Below, one piece after another: positions 30,591-41,318 of a stretch of DNA of 64,000 nt. Made by a program: the position numbers and the translations under genes. The first letter of the stretch is position 1. Every line of letters begins with the position of its first letter. A model generated the notes under the pieces. That model did not search any database and had not been told where the DNA came from. It saw nothing but the letters and a program-made list of their open reading frames with translations. The DNA comes from Pseudothermotoga sp. (GTDB lineage: Bacteria; Thermotogota; Thermotogae; Thermotogales; DSM-5069): NCBI GenBank assembly GCA_003510135.1, contig DOKY01000036.1, positions 13,503-77,502 of the forward strand, in the 5' to 3' direction.

Positions 30591-30606
30591 ACGAGGGGGC
30601 AAGACG

Positions 30607-33600
30607 GTGAGACTCAAAAGCATGTTTTTACACGGTTTCAAATCGTTCGCCCGACCCACTCGATTGAACTTCTCCGAGGGGATCACGGCGATAGTTGGAC
30701 CGAACGGTGGAGGAAAATCGAACGTTGTGGATGCAATTCGCTGGGTTTTTGGAGAACAATCAATGAAACAGCTCCGCGCGGAAGAGAAATTCGACATCAT
30801 CTTTGCAGGATCAAGCGGCACGCCCGCTGGCTCTTTCGCCTACGTTGAACTCGTCTTCGAGCACGACGGTGATACGCTCACCGTTGCGCGCTCTCTTTCT
30901 TCTGATGGAAAGAACGTCTACATGCTGAATGGCGAACCTGTGAGGCTGAAAGATATCCACGAGAGGTTTGCGGGAACTGGCGTGGGTAAAGAACTGTACT
31001 CAATAGTCGGCCAAGGACAGATTGAGCGCATCACGAATGCGATGCCGCAGGAGATGAGGATGCTTTTTGAAGAGGCGGCGGGCACCTCGTTCTACAGAGA
31101 AAAGAAGAGAGAGGCCCTCGTGAGACTCGAAAACGTCTCCAACAACCTGACGCGCATACAGGATCTGTTGATCGAGCTGGACAAACAGCGGAAATCCCTC
31201 TACCTGAAGGCGAAGAGAGCCGAACGTTATGTGGAGTACTCGCAAAGGCTTGAACAGGTGAGAAAGTTCTTCTTCGGAAACGTCCTGAAAAGGGACCTCA
31301 AAAGACTGGAAAATCTCGAAACGCAGTTCAGCGAAAACCAGGAAAAGATCAACCAAATTCAGAAAAAACTCATAGAACTTGAATCGCAGTGGTCTGCGTT
31401 GAAAGAAGAGTTTGCCGACGTGGACAAAGAAATAGAGACGTTCACGAACCTACTCGAGGATTACAAGAAGAGGCAAACCGCACTGACTGAAATGAGAGAG
31501 ATCTACAGCAAAAAACTGAGTGAGATGGAAGGTCGTTACGTTGAGCTCACGACCAAGATTTATCTGATCGACGAGCAAGTTTCCCAGCTCAAAAAAAGGA
31601 AAGATGAACTCAGTCTCATCTTCAAAGCCCTTCTTGAAGAAGTGAAACAGAAGGAAGAACAACTGAAACAGGTCGAAGAAACGAGGCAGAACGTGCTCTC
31701 CAGTTACTCGGAAAAGGAAAAGAACGCGCTACTTTTGAGAGAACAGCTGGCATCGATGGAGAAGAAGAGAATCTCGCTGGAGAACGAGCTGAACAAGCTG
31801 GATGAAACGATGGAAGACCTAAAGAAGAGGATCTCGATACTCCAAGCACAGTTAACGTCGAAGGTGGAACGACTCAACGCGCTCCAGTACGAGCTCTCAA
31901 CGTTGTTCGAAAAGTCCAGCAAGACGAGTGATCGTAAGAACAGGCTCTCTGAGGAACTCAAAGAAATCGAAGAACAGACGAACCGGTTGAAGGTTCAACG
32001 CGAGCAGTTGGTCGCAAAGCTTGAGAACGTTCAGAGGAACCTGAGGTACCTGGACGAAGAGGAGAAGAGGCTCCGCAGTTTGATAGCGAGTTACGAAGGT
32101 TACTCGAGGGCAGTGAGGGCCATTTTCGCCAGAAAGGCTGAGGGAGAGTTTACCAATGTGCACGACGTGGTGGGAAACCTTCTCAACTTTCAACTCGAAC
32201 ATGCCAGGGCGATTGAAGCTCTCCTGGGTGGAGCCGTCCAACATGTGGTTGTGGAGTCCGCGGAAGATGCGCAGACAGTCATAAAATGGTTGAAGCGAGA
32301 GAAAATAGGTCGAGCCACGTTCTTACCATTAGATCTGATAGAATCACAGTTCGCAAGGCTGAGGGATGTGGAGAACCATCCGGGCTTCGTGGGTTATGCT
32401 GCTCAGCTGGTCACGGTTTCATCCCAGTTTTCGAGTCTGCCGAACTATCTTTTCGGAAGCGATATAGTCGTCAAGAGTCTGGAAGATGCCATAGACATGA
32501 AGCGAAAATACCGCTTGAGGTGCAGGATTGCGACGCTCGATGGAGAACTCATCGGCCCCCATGGTTCCATCACGGGTGGAGAGACGTCTTACGAGAGGAG
32601 TGATTCACTCGTCGTCAGGAGGGCCAGGCTCAACGAGATAGCGTCGCAGAGAATGCAGTTGAAGTCCGTCGAAAGGCAGCTCGATTCCGAGTTGAAGCAA
32701 ACAGAGAGGGAGCTCGATGAGTTGAAGAGGCATCACGAACTCGTTGAGAAAGAACTCGTGGAGGTCTTGACACAGGACAGCTTGAACAAGAGGATGATAG
32801 AAGAACTCTCGAAAACTTTCGAGGATGTGAAAAGGGAACTCGATTCGCTGCAACAGCTCGAACGAGAATACAAAAGCCGTTCTGAGGGCCTGAAACTCAG
32901 GAAGCAAGAGATTTTCAATCAACTGGACGCGGTGCGCCGTCAGGTGGAGGAACTCCAGAAGAATATCGAGAGTCTCGATAAGGAGTTGCAGCTAGAGAAA
33001 CAATCCTTGGATGAGATCTCCAACAAGTACATGGAGCTGAAAGCGGAACTCAGCGGTGCTCTGGAGAAAAAATTGCACTACGAATCTGAACTGGAAAGGA
33101 TCAAGAACCAGATAGAAAAATCATCGGAGGAGAAAGTCAACCTTCAAAAACAGAGCGTGGAGCTCGAAACGCAAATAGAGAAAATCAAGCTCGAACTTCT
33201 GGAGAACTCGAGGGAACTCGAATCGATACGCAAGGAAACCGAAGAACTCTTCGAATCGATGAGGATACAGAGGATGGACAAAGATCAAAAACTCGAGCAG
33301 TTGAACGATATAGAAATGAGGATGGACAGACTGAAGGAAGAAAGGGAAAAACTCAGAGAAAACTCGCATCATCTCGAATTGCTGATTCAGGAAGTCAGGA
33401 ACAGGATCGAACAACACTTGAAGGAAGTTGATGTTGAGTTTGCCCAGCAGGTTGAGGAACTCCCCGAAGAGACTCTCGAATCGCTCAAAAGCGAAATGGA
33501 GGATCTTCAGAACAAGATCAAGTACCTCGGGCCGGTGGACCTGACGGCCATCGATGAGTACAACGAGGTTGAGAGAAGATACGAGGAACTGGCAATGGAG

Positions 33601-34158
33601 AAAAAAGATCTGGAAGAGTCAAAGAAGAAGATCGAGGAACTCATCCAAAAAACCGACGAGGAAGCAAGGAAGCGGTTCATGGACGTCTACGAACAGGTCA
33701 ACGCAGCCTTCTCGCGCCACATTTCTCAGCTCTTCCCTGGCGCAGAAGGTGAGATAAGGTTAGAATCCGGAAAGGACTTACTCGAGGCCGGCCTCGAGAT
33801 ATCTCTGAAGAAACCTGGAAAGAGGGTTCAGAAGCTCCAGTTGCTCTCTGGAGGAGAAAAATCACTCGTGGGCATCGCACTGTTGTTCTCGCTCATGGAG
33901 GTCAATCCGAGCCCGTTCTACGTGCTCGATGAGATCGATGCCGCGCTTGACGAGTTCAACGCGGAAAGGTTCAAAAGGATGCTCATGATCAACAAAGATC
34001 GTGCACAGTTCATAGTGATCACGCACAACAAGGTCGTCATGGAAGCAGCAAACGTTCTGCACGGCGTGACCATGGTGGACGGTGTATCAAACGTCGTTCC
34101 TGTGGAACTGGAGACTCTGAGTGTTCAGGAGGAGTTGTATGGAAGAAAAGACAGTTGA
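30607..34158 (+). CDS. smc: Chromosome segregation protein SMC
   Basis: GFKSFA, Walker A GPNGGGKSN, two long coiled coils around hinge GRATFLPL, LSGGEK, Walker B VLDEIDAALD. Confidence 0.96.
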   Translation: MRLKSMFLHGFKSFARPTRLNFSEGITAIVGPNGGGKSNVVDAIRWVFGEQSMKQLRAEEKFDIIFAGSSGTPAGSFAYVELVFEHDGDTLTVARSLSSDGKNVYMLNGEPVRLKDIHERFAGTGVGKELYSIVGQGQIERITNAMPQEMRMLFEEAAGTSFYREKKREALVRLENVSNNLTRIQDLLIELDKQRKSLYLKAKRAERYVEYSQRLEQVRKFFFGNVLKRDLKRLENLETQFSENQEKINQIQKKLIELESQWSALKEEFADVDKEIETFTNLLEDYKKRQTALTEMREIYSKKLSEMEGRYVELTTKIYLIDEQVSQLKKRKDELSLIFKALLEEVKQKEEQLKQVEETRQNVLSSYSEKEKNALLLREQLASMEKKRISLENELNKLDETMEDLKKRISILQAQLTSKVERLNALQYELSTLFEKSSKTSDRKNRLSEELKEIEEQTNRLKVQREQLVAKLENVQRNLRYLDEEEKRLRSLIASYEGYSRAVRAIFARKAEGEFTNVHDVVGNLLNFQLEHARAIEALLGGAVQHVVVESAEDAQTVIKWLKREKIGRATFLPLDLIESQFARLRDVENHPGFVGYAAQLVTVSSQFSSLPNYLFGSDIVVKSLEDAIDMKRKYRLRCRIATLDGELIGPHGSITGGETSYERSDSLVVRRARLNEIASQRMQLKSVERQLDSELKQTERELDELKRHHELVEKELVEVLTQDSLNKRMIEELSKTFEDVKRELDSLQQLEREYKSRSEGLKLRKQEIFNQLDAVRRQVEELQKNIESLDKELQLEKQSLDEISNKYMELKAELSGALEKKLHYESELERIKNQIEKSSEEKVNLQKQSVELETQIEKIKLELLENSRELESIRKETEELFESMRIQRMDKDQKLEQLNDIEMRMDRLKEEREKLRENSHHLELLIQEVRNRIEQHLKEVDVEFAQQVEELPEETLESLKSEMEDLQNKIKYLGPVDLTAIDEYNEVERRYEELAMEKKDLEESKKKIEELIQKTDEEARKRFMDVYEQVNAAFSRHISQLFPGAEGEIRLESGKDLLEAGLEISLKKPGKRVQKLQLLSGGEKSLVGIALLFSLMEVNPSPFYVLDEIDAALDEFNAERFKRMLMINKDRAQFIVITHNKVVMEAANVLHGVTMVDGVSNVVPVELETLSVQEELYGRKDS

Positions 34159-34666
34159 GAGCAAAGTCGTTTTCACTGGTAGAATCATCACGGTCAAGGT
34201 TGATCAGGTGCTACTCAAGAACGATCGAACTTCCTTCAGGGAAGTCGTTTTGCATCCGGGAGCGGTGGCCGTGCTTCCGATATTTGAAAACGGAGATGTG
34301 GTTCTGGTGAAACAGTTCAGATATCCCGTTGGGGAAGTGCTGATCGAGGTGCCGGCAGGAAAGCTGGACCAGGGTGAGGATCCAAAAGAGTGCGCCCTGA
34401 GAGAACTTCGGGAAGAGACAGGCATACGTGCGGACAAAGTTCACTACGTTGGTTTCATATACACGAGCCCTGGTTTTTCAAACGAAAAGATACATCTTTA
34501 CATCGCAGAACAGCTGAGTCAATCAGAGCAGGAACTCGACTTCGACGAGATCGTGGAGACGATGAGACTACCGTTGAAAGACGCGTTCAAAATGTGTGTG
34601 GAAGGAAAGATAACGGATGCGAAGACGATCGCTCTGTTGTCCATCGCATTTTTGAAAAGGAGTTGA
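34139..34666 (+). CDS. NUDIX hydrolase (ADP-ribose pyrophosphatase-like)
   Basis: Nudix box GKLDQGEDPKECALRELREETG; QFRYP, SPGFSNE, DAKT. Confidence 0.92.
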   Translation: MEEKTVESKVVFTGRIITVKVDQVLLKNDRTSFREVVLHPGAVAVLPIFENGDVVLVKQFRYPVGEVLIEVPAGKLDQGEDPKECALRELREETGIRADKVHYVGFIYTSPGFSNEKIHLYIAEQLSQSEQELDFDEIVETMRLPLKDAFKMCVEGKITDAKTIALLSIAFLKRS

Positions 34667-34671
34667 AAAGC

Positions 34672-35253
34672 GTGGTGAAAGTTGTTCTGAACGGCAAGGA
34701 AATGGTTTTCACGAAGGAAGACTTCAAGGACCTGGGTGAGCTCTACGAACACGTCGCACCGAAAGGCATGGTGTTGAAGACGATCATCATAAACGATGAG
34801 AAAATCGAAACTCATAAACTCTCGGAGAGACTGTCTGAACCATTGCGTGACAACGATAACATCGTCATGGAGTTCGCGACCCCCCGAGATTATCTCGAAG
34901 AAATGTTGCCCAGCGTACTGCGTTACATAGACACGGTGATCGGTCTGCTTCCAGGTGTGGCGGCAAGGGTCAGAGAACTCGAGCCCCAAGCGTTCAAGGA
35001 CATCGAGGATCTGTCCAACGCCATTTCGGCGCTGGATGATCTGAGACAGAGCGTGCAAACGATCGTGCCAATGGAGTTCATCGATAGCTCGGCAGTGGTC
35101 TCAAAACTGAAAAACTTCCTGCAGGCCCTGGAACAACAGAACATGGCGATGATAGCAGAGTGTTTGGAGAACGACATGCCCCAGGTGATGCGTTTCTACG
35201 CGGACCTGTTCACGGAGGCTCTCTCGAAGTTGAGGGAGGCGAAGAGCCCATGA
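34672..35253 (+). CDS. Hypothetical protein
   Basis: AAGGAG RBS before GTG; stop overlaps the fliS start; helical composition. Confidence 0.75.
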   Translation: MVKVVLNGKEMVFTKEDFKDLGELYEHVAPKGMVLKTIIINDEKIETHKLSERLSEPLRDNDNIVMEFATPRDYLEEMLPSVLRYIDTVIGLLPGVAARVRELEPQAFKDIEDLSNAISALDDLRQSVQTIVPMEFIDSSAVVSKLKNFLQALEQQNMAMIAECLENDMPQVMRFYADLFTEALSKLREAKSP

Positions 35254-35654
35254 TGAGAGATCACTACCTTGAGAACGCAGTGCTGACCGCCAGCCCGGCG
35301 AAGCTGGTGGAAATGCTCTACGAAAAATCTGTAGAATTGCTGAAAGAAGCGAAAGAATTGATCGAGAAAGATCTCTTTCTGGAGGCTAACGAAAGGATCA
35401 AGAGGGTACAGGACATAGTGATAGAACTGAACGCGTCTTTGGACATGGAAAAAGGAGGCCAGATCGCCCAGTCTTTGAGATCACTCTATCTGTACATGTA
35501 CAGAACGCTGGTGGAAGCGAACATCAAGAAAGACATCAAGAAGCTCGACGAGATTTTGGGATACTTCGAAGAACTGCTGGAAGCATGGAGAACAGCGATG
35601 AAGTCCGCCAGTGTTGACAAGAAGCCTCAGGGGGGTTTCAGCGTCTCGGTGTGA
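35250..35654 (+). CDS. fliS: Flagellar export chaperone FliS
   Basis: YLENAVLTASPAKLVEMLY, QDIVIELNASLDMEKGGQIA..L..LY.YM, L.EAW. Confidence 0.93.
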   Translation: MMRDHYLENAVLTASPAKLVEMLYEKSVELLKEAKELIEKDLFLEANERIKRVQDIVIELNASLDMEKGGQIAQSLRSLYLYMYRTLVEANIKKDIKKLDEILGYFEELLEAWRTAMKSASVDKKPQGGFSVSV

Positions 35655-35666
35655 TGGGGTGAACTC

Positions 35667-36506
35667 ATGTACGAAACGGTAAAAGTTTCTGAGTTTTCCA
35701 CTTTGAGACTCTTGAACCTGGTGAACGAGGTTTTTGCAGATTATCCACTGCGCATCGAATGGGATCTGTTTTCCTTCATTCAGGACATGCGTGAGAATTC
35801 CATCTCGCTGTCTGATTCTTATGTCTTTGTCAAACACGACAGGCCTGTGGGGTTCATCCTGTGCTGCGTGAGGAGAAACAGAGGAAGAATCGACTCGATG
35901 GGTGTGATCAGGGAAGAGAGAGGAAAAGGTCTCGGTGGACAGATACTCTCCTTCGCACTCGAGGTACTGAAGAAGAAAGGAATCTCAAGCGTTGTACTTG
36001 AGGTGCTTGCGGGCCAGCAGGATGTTGTAAAGTTTTATTCAAGGTCTGGATTCAGAGTCACAAGAAGGCTCATTTCCATGATCAAGAACGTTCCGAATCC
36101 CAGGCCATCCATCCGTTTTCTCAAAACAGAGAGAGAATCAATCCACAAGAGCGCGCTCGAGGCGATGGTGAGACTCTCCAGACGACCAAACTGGCAGAGA
36201 GAACCGCTGACCCTTCTGTTGTCTGGCGACAGATACAAAATGGCCAGAGCAGGGCAACAGCTTGCGGGATACGTGGTGTGGGGTAAAGGTGAAGAAAACG
36301 CGTTCATCGTCGATTGTGCACCAATGAACGATGAGAGCATCTACGCTGAATTTCTCGAGCAAGCTGTGAACCACGTCTGCCAGTTCGAGGGGAGATCGGT
36401 CTGTTTCATTGGAAATATCCCTGAGGACGATCCGCTTTATCGTGCGGCTGAGCAGGTTGGCTTTCAACCGCTCTTCGAACAGTATGAAATGCTGCTTCAA
36501 CTCTGA
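35667..36506 (+). CDS. GNAT family N-acetyltransferase
   Basis: Acetyl-CoA motif MGVIREERGKGLG, LEVL, FYSRSGF; degenerate second GNAT half. Confidence 0.85.
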   Translation: MYETVKVSEFSTLRLLNLVNEVFADYPLRIEWDLFSFIQDMRENSISLSDSYVFVKHDRPVGFILCCVRRNRGRIDSMGVIREERGKGLGGQILSFALEVLKKKGISSVVLEVLAGQQDVVKFYSRSGFRVTRRLISMIKNVPNPRPSIRFLKTERESIHKSALEAMVRLSRRPNWQREPLTLLLSGDRYKMARAGQQLAGYVVWGKGEENAFIVDCAPMNDESIYAEFLEQAVNHVCQFEGRSVCFIGNIPEDDPLYRAAEQVGFQPLFEQYEMLLQL

Positions 36507-36516
36507 GGTGATCAAG

Positions 36517-37488
36517 GTGCAGGTCCTCTTTCTGAACAGGCTGAACGACGGATGGCTTCAGAAGATAGAACAGATGAAAAAGAAATATCCCCACGTTTCT
36601 TTCAGAACTCGTCACGATGGAACACTGGACGATCTTCTGGGGTCCGCCCACGTGATAGTGGCAGGCAGGCTGTCGGCTGAGCACATTCGCAAGGCGGAGA
36701 ATCTCCGTTTGATAATCGTTCCCATGGCGGGAGTCAACGCCCTGGACTGGCACGCGATCAGGGAAAAAAAGATAGAGGTCTGCAACTGTCATTCCAACGC
36801 TTTCGCCGTCGCCGAGAGGGCCCTTGCTTTGGCACTGGCATTGCTCGGGCGAGTTGTGGAGTACGATCGCGATTTGAGATACGGCGTCTGGCACGGTTAT
36901 GCCGTGCGTGGGGCAGAACGGGACTACTGGACCAGCCTGCAGGGAAAACGTGTGTGCATCGTCGGTTTTGGACACATCGGTCAGAACCTCGCCAGGCTGC
37001 TCGAGCCGTTTTCGTGCGAGATCGTTGCTGTGAGAAGGACTGCGCCGAAGGTGAAAGACAGAGTAACATCGGATCTGGACTGGGCGATTGAAACGAGCGA
37101 CGTGATTTTCATAACGTTGCCTTTGACGAAAGAAACGAAGAACCTGTTCAACAGAGAGAGGCTCTTCAAGATGAAAGGCAAGTTCTTGATCAATGTTTCT
37201 CGAGGTGAGCTTCTGGACGAAGAAGCTCTGTTCGAATCCCTGAGAGACGGTGTGCTTGCCGGCGCGGCGATCGATACTTGGTACGTGTATCCGAGTTCTG
37301 AAAAAGAATGCGTCTTGCCCAGCAGATTTCCTTTCAACACGCTGCGGAACGTGGTGATGTCACCGCACGTTGGAGGATACTGCCTTGAAGCTTCGAGAGG
37401 TTTGATGAACGAAACGTTCGAAATCCTCGAAAAGTACATCCTTACGGGCAAGCTGACGAACAGGGTGGATCCAGAGTGGGAATACTGA
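36517..37488 (+). CDS. D-isomer-specific 2-hydroxyacid dehydrogenase
   Basis: AVAE, GFGHIG, LPLTKET, INVSRG, AAIDTW, SPHVGG. Confidence 0.9.
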   Translation: MQVLFLNRLNDGWLQKIEQMKKKYPHVSFRTRHDGTLDDLLGSAHVIVAGRLSAEHIRKAENLRLIIVPMAGVNALDWHAIREKKIEVCNCHSNAFAVAERALALALALLGRVVEYDRDLRYGVWHGYAVRGAERDYWTSLQGKRVCIVGFGHIGQNLARLLEPFSCEIVAVRRTAPKVKDRVTSDLDWAIETSDVIFITLPLTKETKNLFNRERLFKMKGKFLINVSRGELLDEEALFESLRDGVLAGAAIDTWYVYPSSEKECVLPSRFPFNTLRNVVMSPHVGGYCLEASRGLMNETFEILEKYILTGKLTNRVDPEWEY

Positions 37489-37889
37489 GGACTCACTTCG
37501 CACGCGGCCTGGTCCTGCTTGGTTTTGGAACGCTCTGTATCGTTATAGATGGGGCATTCTTCGATCTGTTTCCATCCATAGTTTTCTATTTAGTCCTGGA
37601 GTATCTCTGGTTTGAATCCAGCTTCGACCCGATCCGCGTGATGGCTGTGCTCATGTTTCATTCCATAGCCTGTTTCGCAAATCTGAGCGTTGGTCACATA
37701 GTTCTCTTCATACTGTATGCACTGTCTCTGCTTTGGCGCGAGTACTTCCTGAAACCTTTCTTCCCTTTCGCCATCTATTCACTTTCACTGTGTGTGACTT
37801 TCGTGTTCATTGGAAGCAACTGGATAGGTTCTGTGCTCGTTTCACTGCTGTCTCTGTCCCTCTGGAGGGTCAAACTTGAAGAGGTCTGA
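37476..37889 (+). CDS. Small integral membrane protein, possibly MreD-like
   Basis: About 5 hydrophobic segments, overlapping the PBP2 start. The MreD suggestion rests on size and position only. Confidence 0.55.
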   Translation: MGILRTHFARGLVLLGFGTLCIVIDGAFFDLFPSIVFYLVLEYLWFESSFDPIRVMAVLMFHSIACFANLSVGHIVLFILYALSLLWREYFLKPFFPFAIYSLSLCVTFVFIGSNWIGSVLVSLLSLSLWRVKLEEV

Positions 37890-39531
37890 TGCCGTTCTGC
37901 TCGTGCTTCTCATAGTACCCTTCGTTATCTTGATCAGCAGGGCGTTCGTGCTTCAGGTGGTTGAGTACAGATCCCACAGAGACTACGTCGAATCGCTGAG
38001 AATCCAGGTGAAAAGTTTGGAAGCACCCCGCGGACGCATTCTCAGCAGAGACGGCGTAGTTCTCGCCTGGGACGAAGAAACGTTGATCGCACATGCAACG
38101 CTGGCGACGGACTTCGACGAAGTCGAAAAAATCGTCGGCGCTGAGAGAAAGATGGAACTCGTGCTCAAAGGCCAGCTCACCGTCACACAGGCTGAGGCCA
38201 TCAAGCTTCAACGTGCTGGCGTCTATGTGGAAAGGAAATACATAAGAAAGTACAACGGAATGGCGCCGCACGTGGTTGGTTACGTGGACACATCTCGAAA
38301 CGGTGTTTCTGGCGTGGAAAGACAGTACGACGCGCTTCTGAAGGGCAAGCCAGGCTATGAGCTGGTGAGTGTCTCTCCATCCGGCAGGGTTTTAGGAAGG
38401 TTGCTCACCTCCTCGCCGCTCCCTGGAGAGGATGTAATTTTGACGATAGATTCGAAACTTCAGCAGTATGCAGAAACGCTCCTGCGTGATTCAAAAACTA
38501 AAGGTGTGATACTGGTTCAGTCGGTGGACGGTGAGATCCTCGCCCTCGCATCGTATCCGAGTTTCGATCCAAACGCTCTCGTCAGCGGCATTGAACCGAG
38601 GCAGTGGAACAGGCTCGTAAACGATCCCAATGCACCGCTCCTGAACCGGGCAACGAGTGCTCTCTACGCCGTTGGGTCCGTTATAAAACCGCTGTACGCA
38701 ATCGCCTATCTTGAAACATCCGATGAAAACGAGTTCATCGTGGATTGTAACGGCTACTACGAATACAGAACCTCAAGTGGCAAGATCGCCGGGGTGTACA
38801 AAGATTGGTACGCACCGGGTCACGGAACGACTGATCTTCGAAAGGCGCTGCGTGTTTCCTGCAACGTTTTCTTCTACCAGCTCGCCCTGAAACTGGGCAT
38901 CAACGAAATGAAGACTTGGGCCGACAAATTCAAAATTTCTTCTATCACCGGTATAGATCTGCCCGGCGAAGCTGAGGGACTGTTCCCTGATCCGGCATGG
39001 AAACAGAGAAGGTACGGAGAAATCTGGTATCCTGGGGACACGATCCTTTGCGGTATCGGTCAGGGTTTCATAACTCTGACACCTTTACAGATTCTCAATT
39101 TCTTCAACACAATAGCGAACAGGGGAACGTGCTATACGCCACACGTGCTGCTTGAGACTTTTGATCCAAACACCCGAGTGAGAAAGAAGACTCAACCTGC
39201 AATCTCGTACACAATTGATCTGAAACCCGGAACCTGGGCCTTTCTTGTGAACGCGCTGATCGAGGTCGTCTCGTACAAGAATGGTCCTGCGGACGAAGGA
39301 ACGGCATACCAAGCTTTCAAGGGTGCAAGTTTTCAAGCGGCAGGTAAGACGGGAACCGCTGAGGTGGGAAAAGCAGCTGAAAAACCGCATTCCTGGTTTG
39401 CCGGCTTCAGTCCCGTCAACAACCCACAGGTGGTTGTGACCGTCCTTTTGGAAAACGCAGGTACTGGCAGTGAGGCTGCGGCACCCATGGCAAGAAAGAT
39501 CCTTGAACGTTACTGGGAGCTGAGAGAATGA
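37876..39531 (+). CDS. Class B penicillin-binding protein (PBP2/MrdA-like)
   Basis: N-terminal TM, APRGRILSRDG, SxxK (GSVIK), SxN (SCN), KTG (GKTGTAE). Confidence 0.9.
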   Translation: MKRSDAVLLVLLIVPFVILISRAFVLQVVEYRSHRDYVESLRIQVKSLEAPRGRILSRDGVVLAWDEETLIAHATLATDFDEVEKIVGAERKMELVLKGQLTVTQAEAIKLQRAGVYVERKYIRKYNGMAPHVVGYVDTSRNGVSGVERQYDALLKGKPGYELVSVSPSGRVLGRLLTSSPLPGEDVILTIDSKLQQYAETLLRDSKTKGVILVQSVDGEILALASYPSFDPNALVSGIEPRQWNRLVNDPNAPLLNRATSALYAVGSVIKPLYAIAYLETSDENEFIVDCNGYYEYRTSSGKIAGVYKDWYAPGHGTTDLRKALRVSCNVFFYQLALKLGINEMKTWADKFKISSITGIDLPGEAEGLFPDPAWKQRRYGEIWYPGDTILCGIGQGFITLTPLQILNFFNTIANRGTCYTPHVLLETFDPNTRVRKKTQPAISYTIDLKPGTWAFLVNALIEVVSYKNGPADEGTAYQAFKGASFQAAGKTGTAEVGKAAEKPHSWFAGFSPVNNPQVVVTVLLENAGTGSEAAAPMARKILERYWELRE

Positions 39532-41318
39532 TCTTGAAGATGCTTCATGAAATACTGGATCGTGTTGAGAAACCCGCGAGGTACATCGGTGGTGAGTACA
39601 ACCAAACCGTCAAGGATCCTTCGAGTGTGAAGTTGAGAGTGGGACTTCTGTTCCCGGACGTTTACGAGGTTGGGATGTCGAACCTTGGCTTGGCAATCAT
39701 CTACGACGTCCTCAACGATATGCAGAATGTATGGGCTGAGCGCATCTTCATGCCGTGGGTCGACATGATGAACATGATGAAAGATAGAAACCTTCCCCTG
39801 TTCACCATAGAATCGAAAACAGCGGTGAAAGATCTCGATCTGCTGGGTGTTTCTCTGCAGCACGAACTGCTTTACACAAACGTGTTGCACGCGCTGGATC
39901 TGGCAAAGATACCCCTGCTTGCTGAAGAAAGGACGGATACTGACCCCATCGTGATCGCCGGTGGGCCATGCACTGTGAATCCAGAACCCATCGCACGGAT
40001 CTTCGATGCGATGGTGGTTGGAGACGGAGAGGGTATCGCAAGGGAAATCGCACAGGTCCTGATAGAGACCAAGGGTATGAAGCGCCATGAAAGGCTCAAG
40101 GTTCTCTCAAAGATGGAAGGCGTCTACGTACCTGCGTTCTACGATGGATCCACACCACCCAGACCACTCGTGCAAGGTGCACCGGAAAAAGTGAGAAGAA
40201 GGATCGAACCAGTTCTCGTCAGGAAGTTGGCCAAACGCATCGTGCCACACATGCAGCTCGTGCACGACAGAATATCCGTCGAGATCATGAGAGGTTGCAC
40301 GCGTGGCTGCAGGTTCTGCCAAGCCGGTTTCATCTACAGACCCGTCAGGGAAAAACTTTCGACCGAGGTCCTCGATGAGATTTTGAACGCCCTCACGTGC
40401 ACGGGATACGAAGAGGTTGGGTTGCTTTCGCTCTCGAGTGCCGATCACACAGCTATCTCGTCGATGGCCGAGGAGCTGAAGAAGGTTTCCGACATCAAAA
40501 CGATCTCTGTTTCCATACCTTCCACGCGTCTGGATGCCTTTGGAGTGATGCTGGCGAACAATGTTGGAGGTGCGAGGAGGACGGGTTTGACCTTTGCACC
40601 CGAAGCGGGTACCCAGAGATTGAGAAACGTGATCAACAAGAACGTCTCGGAGGAAGATTTCGTCAGGGCGCTGCAACTTGCCAGAGACAGCGGATGGCGC
40701 AGGGTGAAGCTTTACTTCATGATCGGGTTGCCAACAGAAACGGACGAGGATCTCAGAGGCATAGTATCGATGAGTAAGGTTGCAAAACAGATCGGTTTCG
40801 ACCTCGTCACCCTGTCCGTGGCGATGTTCATCCCAAAACCCCACACGCCGTTTCAATTCGCGGAGCAGAAAGGTCCGGAGTACTTCGAACACGCAAGAAA
40901 AATTTTGCTGCAAGCAAAGAGATTTGCGAAGATCGATTTTCACGATCCAAAAATGAGTTTGATCGAGGGGATCCTCTCACGAGGTGATAGAAAAACGTTC
41001 TCAACAGTTTTGGACGCATACAGGTTGGGAGCGTGTTTCGACAGCTGGCAAAACCTGTTCGACTATCAGAAATGGTCAAAGGCCTTGGAAACAAACGGGA
41101 TAGACGTGAAGCAACAGCTGAGAGCAAGAACGCTCGATGAGCCCCTGCCTTGGGATCATATCGACACCGGGGTCGATAGGGCTTTCCTCGCAAAAGAATT
41201 TGAGAAGGCTCTTCGGGGTGAGACGACACCGGACTGTAGATGGGCTTGTCAGGCCTGCGGAGTGTGCAATTCCACGGTGAAAAACGTTCTGGAGAGACAT
41301 GTTGCTCAAACTTCTTGA
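39528..41318 (+). CDS. Radical SAM protein with B12-binding-like domain (TIGR03960-like)
   Basis: VEKPARYIGGEYN, FPDVYEVGMSNLG, CxxxCxxC (CTRGCRFC), TFAPEAG, C-terminal DCRWACQACGVC. Confidence 0.88.
   Translation: MILKMLHEILDRVEKPARYIGGEYNQTVKDPSSVKLRVGLLFPDVYEVGMSNLGLAIIYDVLNDMQNVWAERIFMPWVDMMNMMKDRNLPLFTIESKTAVKDLDLLGVSLQHELLYTNVLHALDLAKIPLLAEERTDTDPIVIAGGPCTVNPEPIARIFDAMVVGDGEGIAREIAQVLIETKGMKRHERLKVLSKMEGVYVPAFYDGSTPPRPLVQGAPEKVRRRIEPVLVRKLAKRIVPHMQLVHDRISVEIMRGCTRGCRFCQAGFIYRPVREKLSTEVLDEILNALTCTGYEEVGLLSLSSADHTAISSMAEELKKVSDIKTISVSIPSTRLDAFGVMLANNVGGARRTGLTFAPEAGTQRLRNVINKNVSEEDFVRALQLARDSGWRRVKLYFMIGLPTETDEDLRGIVSMSKVAKQIGFDLVTLSVAMFIPKPHTPFQFAEQKGPEYFEHARKILLQAKRFAKIDFHDPKMSLIEGILSRGDRKTFSTVLDAYRLGACFDSWQNLFDYQKWSKALETNGIDVKQQLRARTLDEPLPWDHIDTGVDRAFLAKEFEKALRGETTPDCRWACQACGVCNSTVKNVLERHVAQTS

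Noticed and set aside
30697..30723. SMC Walker A reads GPNGGGKSN rather than GPNGSGKSN
   Set aside because: Still fits GxxGxGKS and the other ATPase motifs are intact, so it is unlikely to matter.
31100..33700. Repetitive GAA/AAG/CTC-rich sequence
   Set aside because: It reflects the Glu/Lys/Leu coiled coils of SMC, not a DNA repeat element.
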